This document shows positions 18,300-27,227 of a stretch of 64,000 nucleotides of DNA, piece after piece. Numbering within the stretch: position 1 is the first letter of the stretch; each line of letters opens with the position of its first letter. Source of the DNA: Solirubrobacterales bacterium (GTDB taxonomy: Bacteria > Bacillota > Syntrophomonadia > Syntrophomonadales > DTU052). The translations under genes and the position numbers were made by a program. The notes beneath the pieces are model-generated. The model worked only from the letters and a program-made list of their open reading frames with translations, had not been told where the DNA came from and made no database searches. The stretch covers positions 79,534 to 143,533 of the forward strand of contig JBLMZI010000005.1 of assembly GCA_050258755.1 (NCBI GenBank), written 5' to 3'.

Positions 18300-19154
18300 A
18301 TGGCGGATAAAAAAGAGGCGTGCAAGAGCTGCAGTTCCAACACGGAGGGCGGGTGCAGCGCCAGTTCCTGCGAAACGCCCGAAAAATCGTTGTTTGGTTC
18401 ACTGAACGACATTAAAAACGTGGTAGCTATCATGAGCGGGAAAGGCGGCGTTGGCAAATCGACGGTAACCTGCCTGTTGGCCGTAAATTTGGCTCGGATG
18501 GGATACCGGGTCGGCGTGCTTGATGCCGATATCACCGGGCCAAGCATCCCGAAAGCGTTTGGCATTGAAGGCGGCCGTCTTAAGGCAACCGATTTTGGCA
18601 TTCTGCCGCCGCAGACCGACCGCGGCATCAAGATCATGTCGGTCAATCTGTTTCTCCCTGGCGAGGACGAGCCGGTGATCTGGCGCGGGCCAATGCTGGG
18701 CGGGCTGATTCACCAGTTCTGGGGGGAAAGCGATTGGCGTGAAATCGATTACCTGCTGGTCGACCTGCCGCCGGGCACGGGTGATGTGCCGCTGACGGTC
18801 ATGCAGTCCCTGCCGGTCAGCGGGATTGTCATCGTATCCTCTCCGCAGGAACTGGTTCAGATGGTGGTTAAGAAAGCCATTAAAATGGCCCAAAAAATGA
18901 ATGTTGAGATTCTCGGCCTGGTCGAGAATATGAGCTACGCGGTCTGTCCGCACTGCAGCCAGACGCTGAACCTGTTCGGCGAATCAAAGGCGGATAAAAT
19001 CGCCGCGCAGACCGGACTGAAGGTGCTGGCACAAATGCCGCTGGAACCAGCGATCAACCAGCTGATGGACCAGGGTAAAGTGGAGGAAGCCCAGAGCGAT
19101 GCAGCCAAGCAGCTTTCGGAGGCTGTGATTGCAGCCCTGCCGGTCGCCCGATAA
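18300..19154 (+). CDS. Mrp/NBP35 (ApbC) family Fe-S cluster carrier ATPase
   Basis: SGKGGVGKST deviant Walker A, DLPPGTGD, and a CPHC motif. Confidence 0.85.
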   Translation: MADKKEACKSCSSNTEGGCSASSCETPEKSLFGSLNDIKNVVAIMSGKGGVGKSTVTCLLAVNLARMGYRVGVLDADITGPSIPKAFGIEGGRLKATDFGILPPQTDRGIKIMSVNLFLPGEDEPVIWRGPMLGGLIHQFWGESDWREIDYLLVDLPPGTGDVPLTVMQSLPVSGIVIVSSPQELVQMVVKKAIKMAQKMNVEILGLVENMSYAVCPHCSQTLNLFGESKADKIAAQTGLKVLAQMPLEPAINQLMDQGKVEEAQSDAAKQLSEAVIAALPVAR

Positions 19155-19178
19155 CCTCAGTTTCACATTTGAGAGAAC

Positions 19179-19218
19179 GAAGCGGCAGATCATGAGGGAT
19201 CTGCCGCTTCTTTGTTTG
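19179..19218. terminator. Bidirectional terminator
   Basis: GAAGCGGCAGATC / GATCTGCCGCTTC stem followed by TTTGTTTG. Confidence 0.7.
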
Positions 19219-19231
19219 CATTCGAAATGGG

Positions 19232-19924
19232 CTACTTATCCTGTGATTCGGGCTTTTTGTAGATCACTGCCGAATAGATTATAGGAACCAGCGCAATGAC
19301 AGCCATGGCAGACAGAAAGAGGATAAACGCGATCCGGCCGGGCAGAAACGCCGCGCCAAGGCAGACCAGCCCACCGGCGACCCAGAGCCACGCAGCCATA
19401 CGGTGCGTACGGTTCCAGACTTCTTCGCTTGCCAGGGTCCAAGGGGTCTTAATCCCAACAAAGTAATTGTGCCGGAACTGTCCCATCCGGTTGCCGATCA
19501 TGATAATAAAAAGACCCAGTCCGGCGAGGATAATCATCGGGACATTCAACGTATATCCAAGGCCGATGACGATCGTGACCTCGTAAACCACTGTCAGGAA
19601 CAAGACCAAACCGCTGCGAATCATGCCATAAGCCTCATCAAACCGCGGGTAACTCGCGCGCTTGGGATCAATGAGCGGGAGCAAAGCCAGCCCGGCATAA
19701 ACGACCGCCGTTAAGACCGGCGGGAAGAAGGCGCCGACCGATCTTGCGGCATAGCGATCCACCTGCCCGTCGATATTCCAATGAAACGGCACCTGAGCGG
19801 GCAGGTGCGGGTAAACCAGGACGGCTTCAATCAGCAGTCCCACCAACACTAGCAGGATCCACCAGTCGTGCTTCAAAACGTTCTTGAAATCATAGTCTTT
19901 TTGGCTGTTCTCAATGTCGTTCAT
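19232..19924 (-). CDS. SdpI/YhfL-like membrane protein (DUF1648 plus SdpI)
   Basis: 230 aa, multi-TM, PxHWN-type motif (VPFHWNIDGQVDRY). 4-nt overlap with the upstream ArsR-family gene. Confidence 0.7.
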   Translation of the reverse strand: MNDIENSQKDYDFKNVLKHDWWILLVLVGLLIEAVLVYPHLPAQVPFHWNIDGQVDRYAARSVGAFFPPVLTAVVYAGLALLPLIDPKRASYPRFDEAYGMIRSGLVLFLTVVYEVTIVIGLGYTLNVPMIILAGLGLFIIMIGNRMGQFRHNYFVGIKTPWTLASEEVWNRTHRMAAWLWVAGGLVCLGAAFLPGRIAFILFLSAMAVIALVPIIYSAVIYKKPESQDK

Positions 19925-20223
19925 TTTTTAGATGCCTCCTTATTGCCCTTGGGGTCTTCCTGTGGACCCAGCAGATCAAGCATGTAGCTCATGACTTCCT
20001 GAAAAACCGTGGTATTGATCGAGTAAACCATGTTTTGCCCTTTTCGGACATCCTGCACCAGTTTTGCCTGCTTGAGCAGACCGAGATGATGAGAGATGCT
20101 TGGTTTGGTCATATCAAATTGGTCCGCGATCTCACCGGCTGTCAGGTCGCCGGCTTGCAGCATTTTCAAGATTTCCCGCCGGGTCTTGTCGGATAGAGCC
20201 TTAAACGCCAGGTTCAGCGACAT
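19921..20223 (-). CDS. ArsR-family (SdpR-like) transcriptional repressor
   Basis: FKALSDKTRREILKML...LTAGEIADQFDMTKPSISHHLGLLK. GGAAGGGAGG RBS before ATG 20223. The longer ORF to 20265 would swallow the operator. Confidence 0.8.
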   Translation of the reverse strand: MSLNLAFKALSDKTRREILKMLQAGDLTAGEIADQFDMTKPSISHHLGLLKQAKLVQDVRKGQNMVYSINTTVFQEVMSYMLDLLGPQEDPKGNKEASKK

Positions 20224-20248
20224 ATGCCGGGCCTCCCTTCCGCACCAG

Positions 20249-20281
20249 TTTAGACAATTAGACAATAATCTAAATATCTAA
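20249..20281. promoter_or_regulatory. Putative SdpR/ArsR operator (four TTAGA half-sites)
   Basis: TTAGACAATTAGACAATAATCTAAATATCTAA: two direct TTAGAC repeats facing two inverted TTAGAT repeats, immediately upstream of the repressor gene. Confidence 0.5.
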
Positions 20282-20455
20282 TAATAAGATACCGCGTGGG
20301 TGGTCAAATTGCAAGGGGGGACTCCGCTTTTCATCAGGATTCGCGAAGGTTATAATAAGAATGCATCACGGAAATACAATCTTTGGAATAGAACAGATTC
20401 GGAATACTCGCGATTTCACGCGTGATCAACTTAAAAGCCAAGGAGACAGTGCAAT

Positions 20456-21211
20456 ATGCTGCAGCTTCAGAACGTCAGTCTGAATATCGGCGAAAACGGC
20501 GATCAGAAGGAAATCCTGAAAGACATCAACCTTACCTTTGAAAAAGGAAAACTCTACGCGATCACCGGGCCGAACGGCGGCGGAAAAACCTCCATCGCCA
20601 AAACGATCATGGGCATCTATCAGCCTTCGGCGGGTCATATCCTGCTGGAGGGGCAGAACATCACTGATCTTAGCATCACCGAACGGGCGCGCAAAGGCAT
20701 TGCTTATGCGTTCCAGCAGCCGCCCCGCTTCAAGGGAATTCTCATCGATGACATGATGAAGATTGCCAGGACAGACATGGAGGCGCTTGAACTGCGCAGT
20801 ATTCTGCGCGATGTGGGCCTGTGCCCCGAGGATTATACCGGCCGCGACATGGGACCCGGCCTGTCCGGCGGGGAGATTAAACGGATCGAAGTCGCCCAGG
20901 TACTGGCGCGGGCGGCGCTGATTTCGATTTACGACGAACCAGAGGCCGGGGTCGACCTGTGGACGATTCAGAAGCTGGGTTCGCTGATTGTGCGCAAACA
21001 TAAGGAACACCCGGACCGGACCACGATCGTGATTACCCACAACGAGCAGTTTTTGCCCTTGTGTGATGAAATTATTCTGGTTGCCGGCGGGCAGATTGAG
21101 CAGAAAGGCCCGGCCGCCGAGATTTGGCCGATGATAAAAGACGAGATTATTTGTAAGCTGAGAGATCAATGCGGAGGTGTGGTCCCCCATGCAACTCAAT
21201 CCATTCGATAA
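20456..21211 (+). CDS. sufC: SufC-like ABC ATPase (Fe-S assembly)
   Basis: GPNGGGKTS Walker A, LSGGEIKR signature, and the ITH motif typical of SufC. Confidence 0.75.
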   Translation: MLQLQNVSLNIGENGDQKEILKDINLTFEKGKLYAITGPNGGGKTSIAKTIMGIYQPSAGHILLEGQNITDLSITERARKGIAYAFQQPPRFKGILIDDMMKIARTDMEALELRSILRDVGLCPEDYTGRDMGPGLSGGEIKRIEVAQVLARAALISIYDEPEAGVDLWTIQKLGSLIVRKHKEHPDRTTIVITHNEQFLPLCDEIILVAGGQIEQKGPAAEIWPMIKDEIICKLRDQCGGVVPHATQSIR

Positions 21212-22112
21212 ATCCATTCTCGCTGCGGTGGCCGATCTTCATGAGATCCCGCAGGGCGCAGTCAATATCCGGAAGGACGGCGGCGGCTTTTTCAGGCGCT
21301 CCACCGAAAACATTGAGATTGTAACCAAAGCGGACAAGCCAGGGATTGATGTGATTGTGAAACCGGGAACCGTCAATGAGTCGGTGCACATACCTGTGAT
21401 AGTGACCCAAACGGGTTTGAGCGACCTGGTGTACAATACCTTTGATATCGGGGCCGATGCTGACGTAACCATCATTGCCGGATGTGGAATCCATAATGAC
21501 GGCCACCAGGCGGCCAGACACGACGGGATTCATGAAATCATCGTCCGGCGCGGCGCTCGGATGAAGTATGTGGAAAAGCATTATGGTGAGGGAGAGGGAA
21601 CCGGCGACCGGATTCTGAACCCGACGACCCTGATTACGGTGGAAGAAGGCGGCTATCTGGAGATGGAACTCACCCAGATCCGGGGCGTGGACAGCACTAA
21701 ACGGATCACCGAGGCACGGCTGGAAAAAGGTGCCGGGCTGAAAATGGTTGAAAAACTGCTCACGCATGGCGCCCAGACCGCGGATTCGAGCATTGTAATC
21801 AATCTTGAAGGCGTTGACTCCTATGCGCAGGTGCTGGCCCGTTCCGTCGGACAGGATACTTCAAAACAGCTGTTCCGGGCCAGGATGGTCGGGAAGAGCC
21901 AGTGTACCGGTCATGTCGAGTGTGATTCGATTATCATGGACCAGGCCTTGATCAGCGCGGCGCCCGAACTGACCGCAGAAAGCGCCGACGCGGTGCTGAC
22001 CCACGAAGCGGCTATCGGCAGGATCGCGGGCGATCAGCTGGTCAAGCTAATGACCCTTGGCTTGAATGAAAAGGAAGCGGTTGACCGGATTTTATCCGGA
22101 TTCCTGAAATAG
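21189..22112 (+). CDS. SufB/SufD family protein
   Basis: C-terminal HEAAIGRIAGDQLVKLMTLGLNEKEA is the SufBD signature region. Overlaps sufC. Confidence 0.75.
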   Translation: MQLNPFDKSILAAVADLHEIPQGAVNIRKDGGGFFRRSTENIEIVTKADKPGIDVIVKPGTVNESVHIPVIVTQTGLSDLVYNTFDIGADADVTIIAGCGIHNDGHQAARHDGIHEIIVRRGARMKYVEKHYGEGEGTGDRILNPTTLITVEEGGYLEMELTQIRGVDSTKRITEARLEKGAGLKMVEKLLTHGAQTADSSIVINLEGVDSYAQVLARSVGQDTSKQLFRARMVGKSQCTGHVECDSIIMDQALISAAPELTAESADAVLTHEAAIGRIAGDQLVKLMTLGLNEKEAVDRILSGFLK

Positions 22113-22131
22113 GTTTATTGGGGAGAACGGC

Positions 22132-23040
22132 ATGAATCTTGGGCCTTTCCGGACCTTTGTCAAAGTGGTCGAAACCCAGAATCTGTCGCGGGCGGCGGCA
22201 GAGCTTGGGCTTTCCCAGCCTGCGGTCAGTAAACAGATTCAGGCCCTGGAAGATCATTACGGCGTTCTTCTGATGGAACGATCCGGGCGAAAGCTGAAAT
22301 TGACCGAAGCGGGTGAGGCCTTGTACGCCTGCGCGATGGAGCTGCTGCGGGTCATGGAAAAAACCACCCGGATGATGGAGGATATCTCGGAAAGCCGGCG
22401 GGGCAAGCTGTACATTGGAACCAGCACCATCCCCGGGCAGTATCTGATTCCGAGAATCATCAAATCATTCAAAGCCCGGTATCCAAATGTTGCGATTTTT
22501 ATGGATATGGCCGATACCGAAAAGATTTACACCAGGGTTGCCGAACGGGAAATGGATCTCGGTATCGTCGGCGCGTGGCTTGGAAACCGTAAAGTTGATG
22601 GGTTCAAGTGGGCTGAGGATGAACTGCTGGTTCTGGTGCCGGCGAATCACCGATTGGCCCAGGCAAAGGAAGTGGCCATCGGGGATCTGTTAAAAGAGCG
22701 CTGGCTGTTTCGTGAAAAAGGGTCGGGAACCCGGGTCGCGGTTGAGGAGATGCTCGGCCGGGTCTTCATCCGCAAAGAGGATTTGAACATTCAGGCAGAA
22801 GTCGGCAGTACCAGCGCCATGGTGGCAGCGGTCGAGGCGGATTTGGGCATCTCTATCGTATCCAGCCTGGTGATTTCCCATGGTTCGGCCGGCCAGGGCG
22901 TGATGGGCTTAAAACTGGCCAACGATGTTGGGAAACGCGATTTGTTTGTCATCTATCCAAAACAAAAGCATCGCCGGGTTACGGTGGAACGGTTTTTGGA
23001 TTTTCTGCGTAATAATGAGAGTGGGGAAGGGGGCTCGTAG
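22132..23040 (+). CDS. LysR family transcriptional regulator
   Basis: N-terminal HTH FVKVVETQNLSRAAAELGLSQPAVSKQIQALE, then a LysR substrate-binding region. Confidence 0.85.
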   Translation: MNLGPFRTFVKVVETQNLSRAAAELGLSQPAVSKQIQALEDHYGVLLMERSGRKLKLTEAGEALYACAMELLRVMEKTTRMMEDISESRRGKLYIGTSTIPGQYLIPRIIKSFKARYPNVAIFMDMADTEKIYTRVAEREMDLGIVGAWLGNRKVDGFKWAEDELLVLVPANHRLAQAKEVAIGDLLKERWLFREKGSGTRVAVEEMLGRVFIRKEDLNIQAEVGSTSAMVAAVEADLGISIVSSLVISHGSAGQGVMGLKLANDVGKRDLFVIYPKQKHRRVTVERFLDFLRNNESGEGGS

Positions 23041-23145
23041 ACGGGCCCCTGATTTATTTTTGTCTGGGTGCGATTTTCCTTGAACCCGGGTCAGTTTTTT
23101 GCTATCAATTATACTAGTTTGTTTTCGAAGGGGGTCGGATGTGCC

Positions 23146-24252
23146 GTGAATATCACGATGGAAGAAGCGCGCCGGCTGCGGGACCAGTACGGAACCCCGC
23201 TTCTGGTTGTATCGCGATCCCGCATTATGGAAAAGTTCCAGATCTTAAAGGATTATCTGCCGCGGATTGGAATGTATTATGCGGTGAAAGCCAATCCCAA
23301 TAAGGAAATCCTGAAGATCATCGATTCCTGTAACTCGTATTATGATGTCTGTTCGGACTGGGAGATCGAAACCGTCATGGAACTTGGGGTGCCCGGTGAA
23401 CGGATGATTCATACCCATCCGATGAAAAAGCCGGAAAACATCCAATTTGCTATCGAACGGGGGATCAAGTGGTTTGTCTTCGACAACGAGTGGGAACTGA
23501 GCAAGTTCCTGCCGTACAAGGATAAGATCAACCTGCTGATGCGGCTCAGCTTTCCGAACCCGGACTGCATGGTCAATCTGTCCTACAAGTTCGGGGTGGA
23601 CCCGGTTTCAGCCTTACCGTTGGCCCTGCGGGCCCGCGAGATGGGATTGAAGGTCAAAGGACTCTGCTTTCACGTCGGTTCACAGAGTCCGAACCCGTAC
23701 AAACATGTGGAAGCGATCATTGAATGCCGCCGCTTGTTCAACCTGATGACGCTGGAAGGCTTTCAGCTTGAAGTGGTCGATATCGGAGGCGGGTTCCCGG
23801 TCGAATACACGGACGGCATCATGCCCTTCAAAAGCTTTTTCGAGCCGATCCAGGAAGCCTGCAGCCGGTATTTCGGCAGTGTCCGGGTGATCGCCGAACC
23901 CGGGCGGTTCGTGGTCGGGGACGGGGTGGATTTGATCCTTTCGGTGGTGGGAAAATCCCGCCGCAGCGATATCTGGTGGTATTACCTGGATGACGGGGTT
24001 TATGGCTCCTTCTCCGGGAAGGTGTTTGACCACTGCGATTACCGGATGCGTTCCGAAAAGGAAGGCCCGCGCGAGCAGTGCATCGTGGCTGGCCCAACCT
24101 GTGACTCGTTTGATATAATCTATCATAACTCTACCCTCCCAAGTTTGGAAATCGGAGACATGCTGCTGGTCCCATCAATGGGGGCGTATACAAGCTGCAG
24201 CTCGACCTCCTTTAACGGAATCCTGCCTGCCAGGACTGTCGTGGTTGATTAA
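23146..24252 (+). CDS. Type III PLP-dependent (Orn/Lys/Arg/DAP) decarboxylase
   Basis: YAVKANP Lys-PLP motif, GGGFPV, and EPGR. Its position next to speE suggests polyamine synthesis. The start is GTG 23146 or ATG 23158. Confidence 0.8.
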   Translation: MNITMEEARRLRDQYGTPLLVVSRSRIMEKFQILKDYLPRIGMYYAVKANPNKEILKIIDSCNSYYDVCSDWEIETVMELGVPGERMIHTHPMKKPENIQFAIERGIKWFVFDNEWELSKFLPYKDKINLLMRLSFPNPDCMVNLSYKFGVDPVSALPLALRAREMGLKVKGLCFHVGSQSPNPYKHVEAIIECRRLFNLMTLEGFQLEVVDIGGGFPVEYTDGIMPFKSFFEPIQEACSRYFGSVRVIAEPGRFVVGDGVDLILSVVGKSRRSDIWWYYLDDGVYGSFSGKVFDHCDYRMRSEKEGPREQCIVAGPTCDSFDIIYHNSTLPSLEIGDMLLVPSMGAYTSCSSTSFNGILPARTVVVD

Positions 24253-24283
24253 AGCGCCGAAGATAGAAAGGGGTAACTGAAAC

Positions 24284-25162
24284 ATGAGCGAACTGATCCG
24301 GGAAGACTCGATGACCGATCTTTGGAACGTCTGGTTTACCGAACTGCACCAGAATCGTGCCGGGTTGACTTTGAAAGTGAACCGGCTGCTGTACAGCGGC
24401 GAAAGCGCTTTTCAGCGCATTGAAATTATGGATACCTATGAGTTCGGCAAGATGCTGGTTCTTTACGGTTCGATCATGATTACCGAGAAAGACGAGTTCG
24501 TCTATCATGAAATGATCAGCCACATTCCGCTGTTTACCCACCCGAATCCGAAAGAGGTTCTGGTCATCGGCGGCGGGGATGGCGGTACCATCCGTGAAGC
24601 CCTGAAACACCCCGAGGTAGAGCGGGCAACCCTGGTTGAAATTGATGAGATGGTGGTCCGCAAGTGCCAGGAGTACTTCCCGGAAGTAGCCGGCAAACTG
24701 GATGATCCACGGGTTCGGCTGAAATTTGAGGATGGCGAGAAATACCTGGCCACCACCAAGGATAAATACGATGTCATCATGTGTGACGCTTCCGACCCGA
24801 TCGGGCCGGCCGAAGTGCTGTTCCAGAAGCCATTCCATCAGACAGCCTATGACTGCCTGAATGATGACGGCATATTCGTTACCCAGTCGGAATCGCCGTT
24901 CTTCCACCAGCGGACCCTGCGGCGCATTTACGACAACCTGAAGTCCGTTTTCCCGATTGTTCGGGTTTACTGGGCGTATATTCCGACCTATCCGAGCGCG
25001 ATTTGGAGCTTTACGGTCTGCTCGAAGAAATACGATCCGATCAAGGACTTCGATCTGGCGCGTTACCAGGCGCAGAAACCGGTCACAAAGTACTACAATG
25101 ACGGAATCCACCAGGCCGCTTTCCAACTGCCGAACTTTGTTAAGGCGGCCCTGGGCGAATAG
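24284..25162 (+). CDS. speE: Spermidine synthase (polyamine aminopropyltransferase)
   Basis: VLVIGGGDGGTIRE, VEIDEMV and DASDPIGPA motifs. Confidence 0.9.
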   Translation: MSELIREDSMTDLWNVWFTELHQNRAGLTLKVNRLLYSGESAFQRIEIMDTYEFGKMLVLYGSIMITEKDEFVYHEMISHIPLFTHPNPKEVLVIGGGDGGTIREALKHPEVERATLVEIDEMVVRKCQEYFPEVAGKLDDPRVRLKFEDGEKYLATTKDKYDVIMCDASDPIGPAEVLFQKPFHQTAYDCLNDDGIFVTQSESPFFHQRTLRRIYDNLKSVFPIVRVYWAYIPTYPSAIWSFTVCSKKYDPIKDFDLARYQAQKPVTKYYNDGIHQAAFQLPNFVKAALGE

Positions 25163-25238
25163 GAAATCCGATGCGGAGCATTGATAGAGAAATACGGATA
25201 TTTCGCCCAAAACGGGGCGAAAATAATTGAAAATCCGT

Positions 25239-25267
25239 TTGACTCACATGTTCCACGGTGTTACAAT
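25239..25267 (+). promoter_or_regulatory. Promoter of the tRNA Asp-Phe-Gly operon
   Basis: TTGACT-17 nt-TACAAT, 14 nt before the tRNA-Asp 5' end. Confidence 0.65.
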
Positions 25268-25280
25268 AAGTCTTGCGTGT

Positions 25281-25356
25281 GGAGCTGTGGTGTAGTGGTT
25301 AACATGCCGGCCTGTCAAGCCGGAGACCGCGGGTTCAAGTCCCGTCAGCTCCGCCA
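25281..25356 (+). tRNA. tRNA-Asp (GTC)
   Basis: Cloverleaf read by eye: acceptor GGAGCTG/CAGCTCC, anticodon loop CTGTCAA, T-loop GGGTTCAAGTCCC, encoded CCA. Confidence 0.9.
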
Positions 25357-25360
25357 TCAC

Positions 25361-25436
<76 letters not shown>

Positions 25437-25441
25437 TAGTT

Positions 25442-25516
25442 GCGGAAGTGGCTCAGTGGTAGAGCATCGCCTTGCCAAGGCGAGGGTCGCGAGTTCGAAT
25501 CTCGTCTTCCGCTCCA
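25442..25516 (+). tRNA. tRNA-Gly (GCC)
   Basis: GCGGAAGTGGCTCAGTGGTAGAGC..., anticodon loop TTGCCAA, encoded CCA. Confidence 0.9.
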
Positions 25517-25527
25517 GAAGTAAACGG

Positions 25528-25550
25528 GCCGCCCGATTCGGGCGGCTTTT
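25528..25550 (+). terminator. Terminator after tRNA-Gly
   Basis: GCCGCCC GATTC GGGCGGC followed by TTTT. Confidence 0.7.
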
Positions 25551-25673
25551 CCAATCTCCAGGCCGTTCCAGTTGCTTTCGCCGAGCATAGGGCGGGAAAA
25601 GCTGACCGGTTACGGACCAGCGCGTTTTGGAAGGCACCGATTCATAGCCAAGTAAAAATGCCGTCGAATTGGC

Positions 25674-25704
25674 ATTGACGGGATTTTGGGAAATAAGCTA
25701 TAAT
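25674..25704 (+). promoter_or_regulatory. Promoter of the tRNA Cys-Leu operon
   Basis: TTGACG-19 nt-TATAAT. The spacer is slightly long. The -10 box lies about 18 nt before tRNA-Cys. Confidence 0.5.
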
Positions 25705-25722
25705 AGCTATGCTTGTGCTCGA

Positions 25723-25797
25723 GGGCGGATGGCGAAGTGGCAACGCTGCGGTCTGCAAAACCGCCATTCACCGGTTCAAATCCGGTTCCGCCCTCCA
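25723..25797 (+). tRNA. tRNA-Cys (GCA)
   Basis: Acceptor GGGCGGA/TCCGCCC, anticodon loop CTGCAAA, encoded CCA. Confidence 0.85.
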
Positions 25798-25809
25798 TTT
25801 TCCTTTCTT

Positions 25810-25898
25810 GCCGGAGTGGCGGAACAGGCAGACGCAACGGACTTAAAATCCGTCGATGGGTGACCATCGTACCGGTTCGACCCCGGTCTCCGGCACCA
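25810..25898 (+). tRNA. tRNA-Leu (TAA), class II with long variable arm; integration target
   Basis: GCCGGAGTGGCGGAACAGGCAGACGC..., anticodon loop CTTAAAA, variable arm CGATGGGTGACCATCGT, encoded CCA. Its 3' 64 nt are part of the attL repeat. Confidence 0.9.
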
Positions 25899-25901
25899 CT
25901 G
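25835..25901 (+). repeat. attL core (67-bp direct repeat)
   Basis: CAACGGACTTAAAATCCGTCGATGGGTGACCATCGTACCGGTTCGACCCCGGTCTCCGGCACCACTG, identical to 34493..34559. Confidence 0.9.
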
Positions 25902-26051
25902 AATTTATCAGGATTCTTGCCGGTGGAATAAAATGGCAGGAACCTCGAAAATGGCTCATAAAAGTGGGAGTCCGTAGTGTCTGGTGAAAACCGCAACGGA
26001 CCCGAGAAGGCTAATCCTCTTGCTTAACCAACAAGTAAGGGGGTTTTTTTA

Positions 26052-26987
26052 TTGGCAAAAGTGTTCAGTATCAGTAAGGAGATTCCGGAATCATGGGAAG
26101 ATGCACTTAAGGATTTCCTGCTCTGGAAAATGGCTGAAGGCGTGAGTAAAAGGACAATCCGGGATTACGATGAACACATCAGGTTTTTCTTTAATCGGTA
26201 TCCGGAAGCTTACCAAAGCAGATTGAAAGAGTCGATTTATGAATACTTGCAGCAGCCGGTAAAACCAGCGACCTACAATTTGAGGTTGGTCTATTTGAAA
26301 GGCTTCATTAGCTGGGGTGTCAAAGAGGGCATTTTCCCCGACAATCCGCTAATTGGCATGAAGAAGCGGCGTGATGAGGGCCGGACCGTTAATATCGACC
26401 CGGACATTTTGACCCGGTTAATCGGACTTCCAGACCAAAATACTTACGCTGGACTTCGAGACTATGCCCTGATTCTCATGACCTTGGATTGTGGTATCCG
26501 TCCTTCCGAAGCTCAGGGGCTAGTGCCGGAAGACATCAACACTCGGTCAATGGAAGTCACAATTAGAGCGGAAATCGCTAAAACCCGAGTTTCCCGAACG
26601 CTTCCGCTTTCTAAAATCACGATTCAAGCCATTCGTGACCTTATCAAAGCACGCCATTCTTCCTGGAAAGTTAATACCCCTTTGTTTTGCAGTGCGGACG
26701 GAACCCCATTGAACGCCTATACCTGGGGGGACAGACTGGAACATTACAGCCGAATTCTTGGTACGAAGATTCGACCGTATGACCTGAGACACAGCTTTGC
26801 TCTGCAATTCCTCCGTAACGGCGGGCACGCTTTGGCCCTTCAGAGGACACTAGGCCACAGCGACCTTGCCATGACCCGGCGATACATCAGCCTAACGCAG
26901 GAGGACTTGAGAAACCAGCATAACACCGCAAGTCCATTAAACACATTCGTAAACCAACGTAACAGGAAGAGAACCCTAGGTGATTGA
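26052..26987 (+). CDS. int: Tyrosine recombinase / phage-type integrase
   Basis: C-terminal catalytic region YDLRHSFALQFLRNGG...LQRTLGHSDLAMTRRY (R..HxxR..Y). Adjacent to the tRNA. Confidence 0.9.
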   Translation: MAKVFSISKEIPESWEDALKDFLLWKMAEGVSKRTIRDYDEHIRFFFNRYPEAYQSRLKESIYEYLQQPVKPATYNLRLVYLKGFISWGVKEGIFPDNPLIGMKKRRDEGRTVNIDPDILTRLIGLPDQNTYAGLRDYALILMTLDCGIRPSEAQGLVPEDINTRSMEVTIRAEIAKTRVSRTLPLSKITIQAIRDLIKARHSSWKVNTPLFCSADGTPLNAYTWGDRLEHYSRILGTKIRPYDLRHSFALQFLRNGGHALALQRTLGHSDLAMTRRYISLTQEDLRNQHNTASPLNTFVNQRNRKRTLGD

Positions 26988-27053
26988 GCGCGTCTGGGAT
27001 TTGGGGAATCTTTTCATAACCCCGCCGCGCGGATTTAAGGCCTTTTAACAGCA

Positions 27054-27088
27054 GAAGAGAGTATGAGTTCGGCTCATACTCTCTTTCT
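27054..27088. terminator. Bidirectional terminator between int and the Mrr-like gene
   Basis: AGAAGAGAGTATGAG TTCGG CTCATACTCTCTTTCT. Confidence 0.7.
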
Positions 27089-27227
27089 GTCTCACGATGA
27101 TGGCAAGCGCCTTTTCTACTGCGTAATACGTGCCCAATTGAGGCTCAAAGTCAGTTTTGGAAGGGTAACATATAGCCATTTTAAATAGGCGGCTTAGAAG
27201 TCAATTTCTCCTCCCAAGATGTACCAT

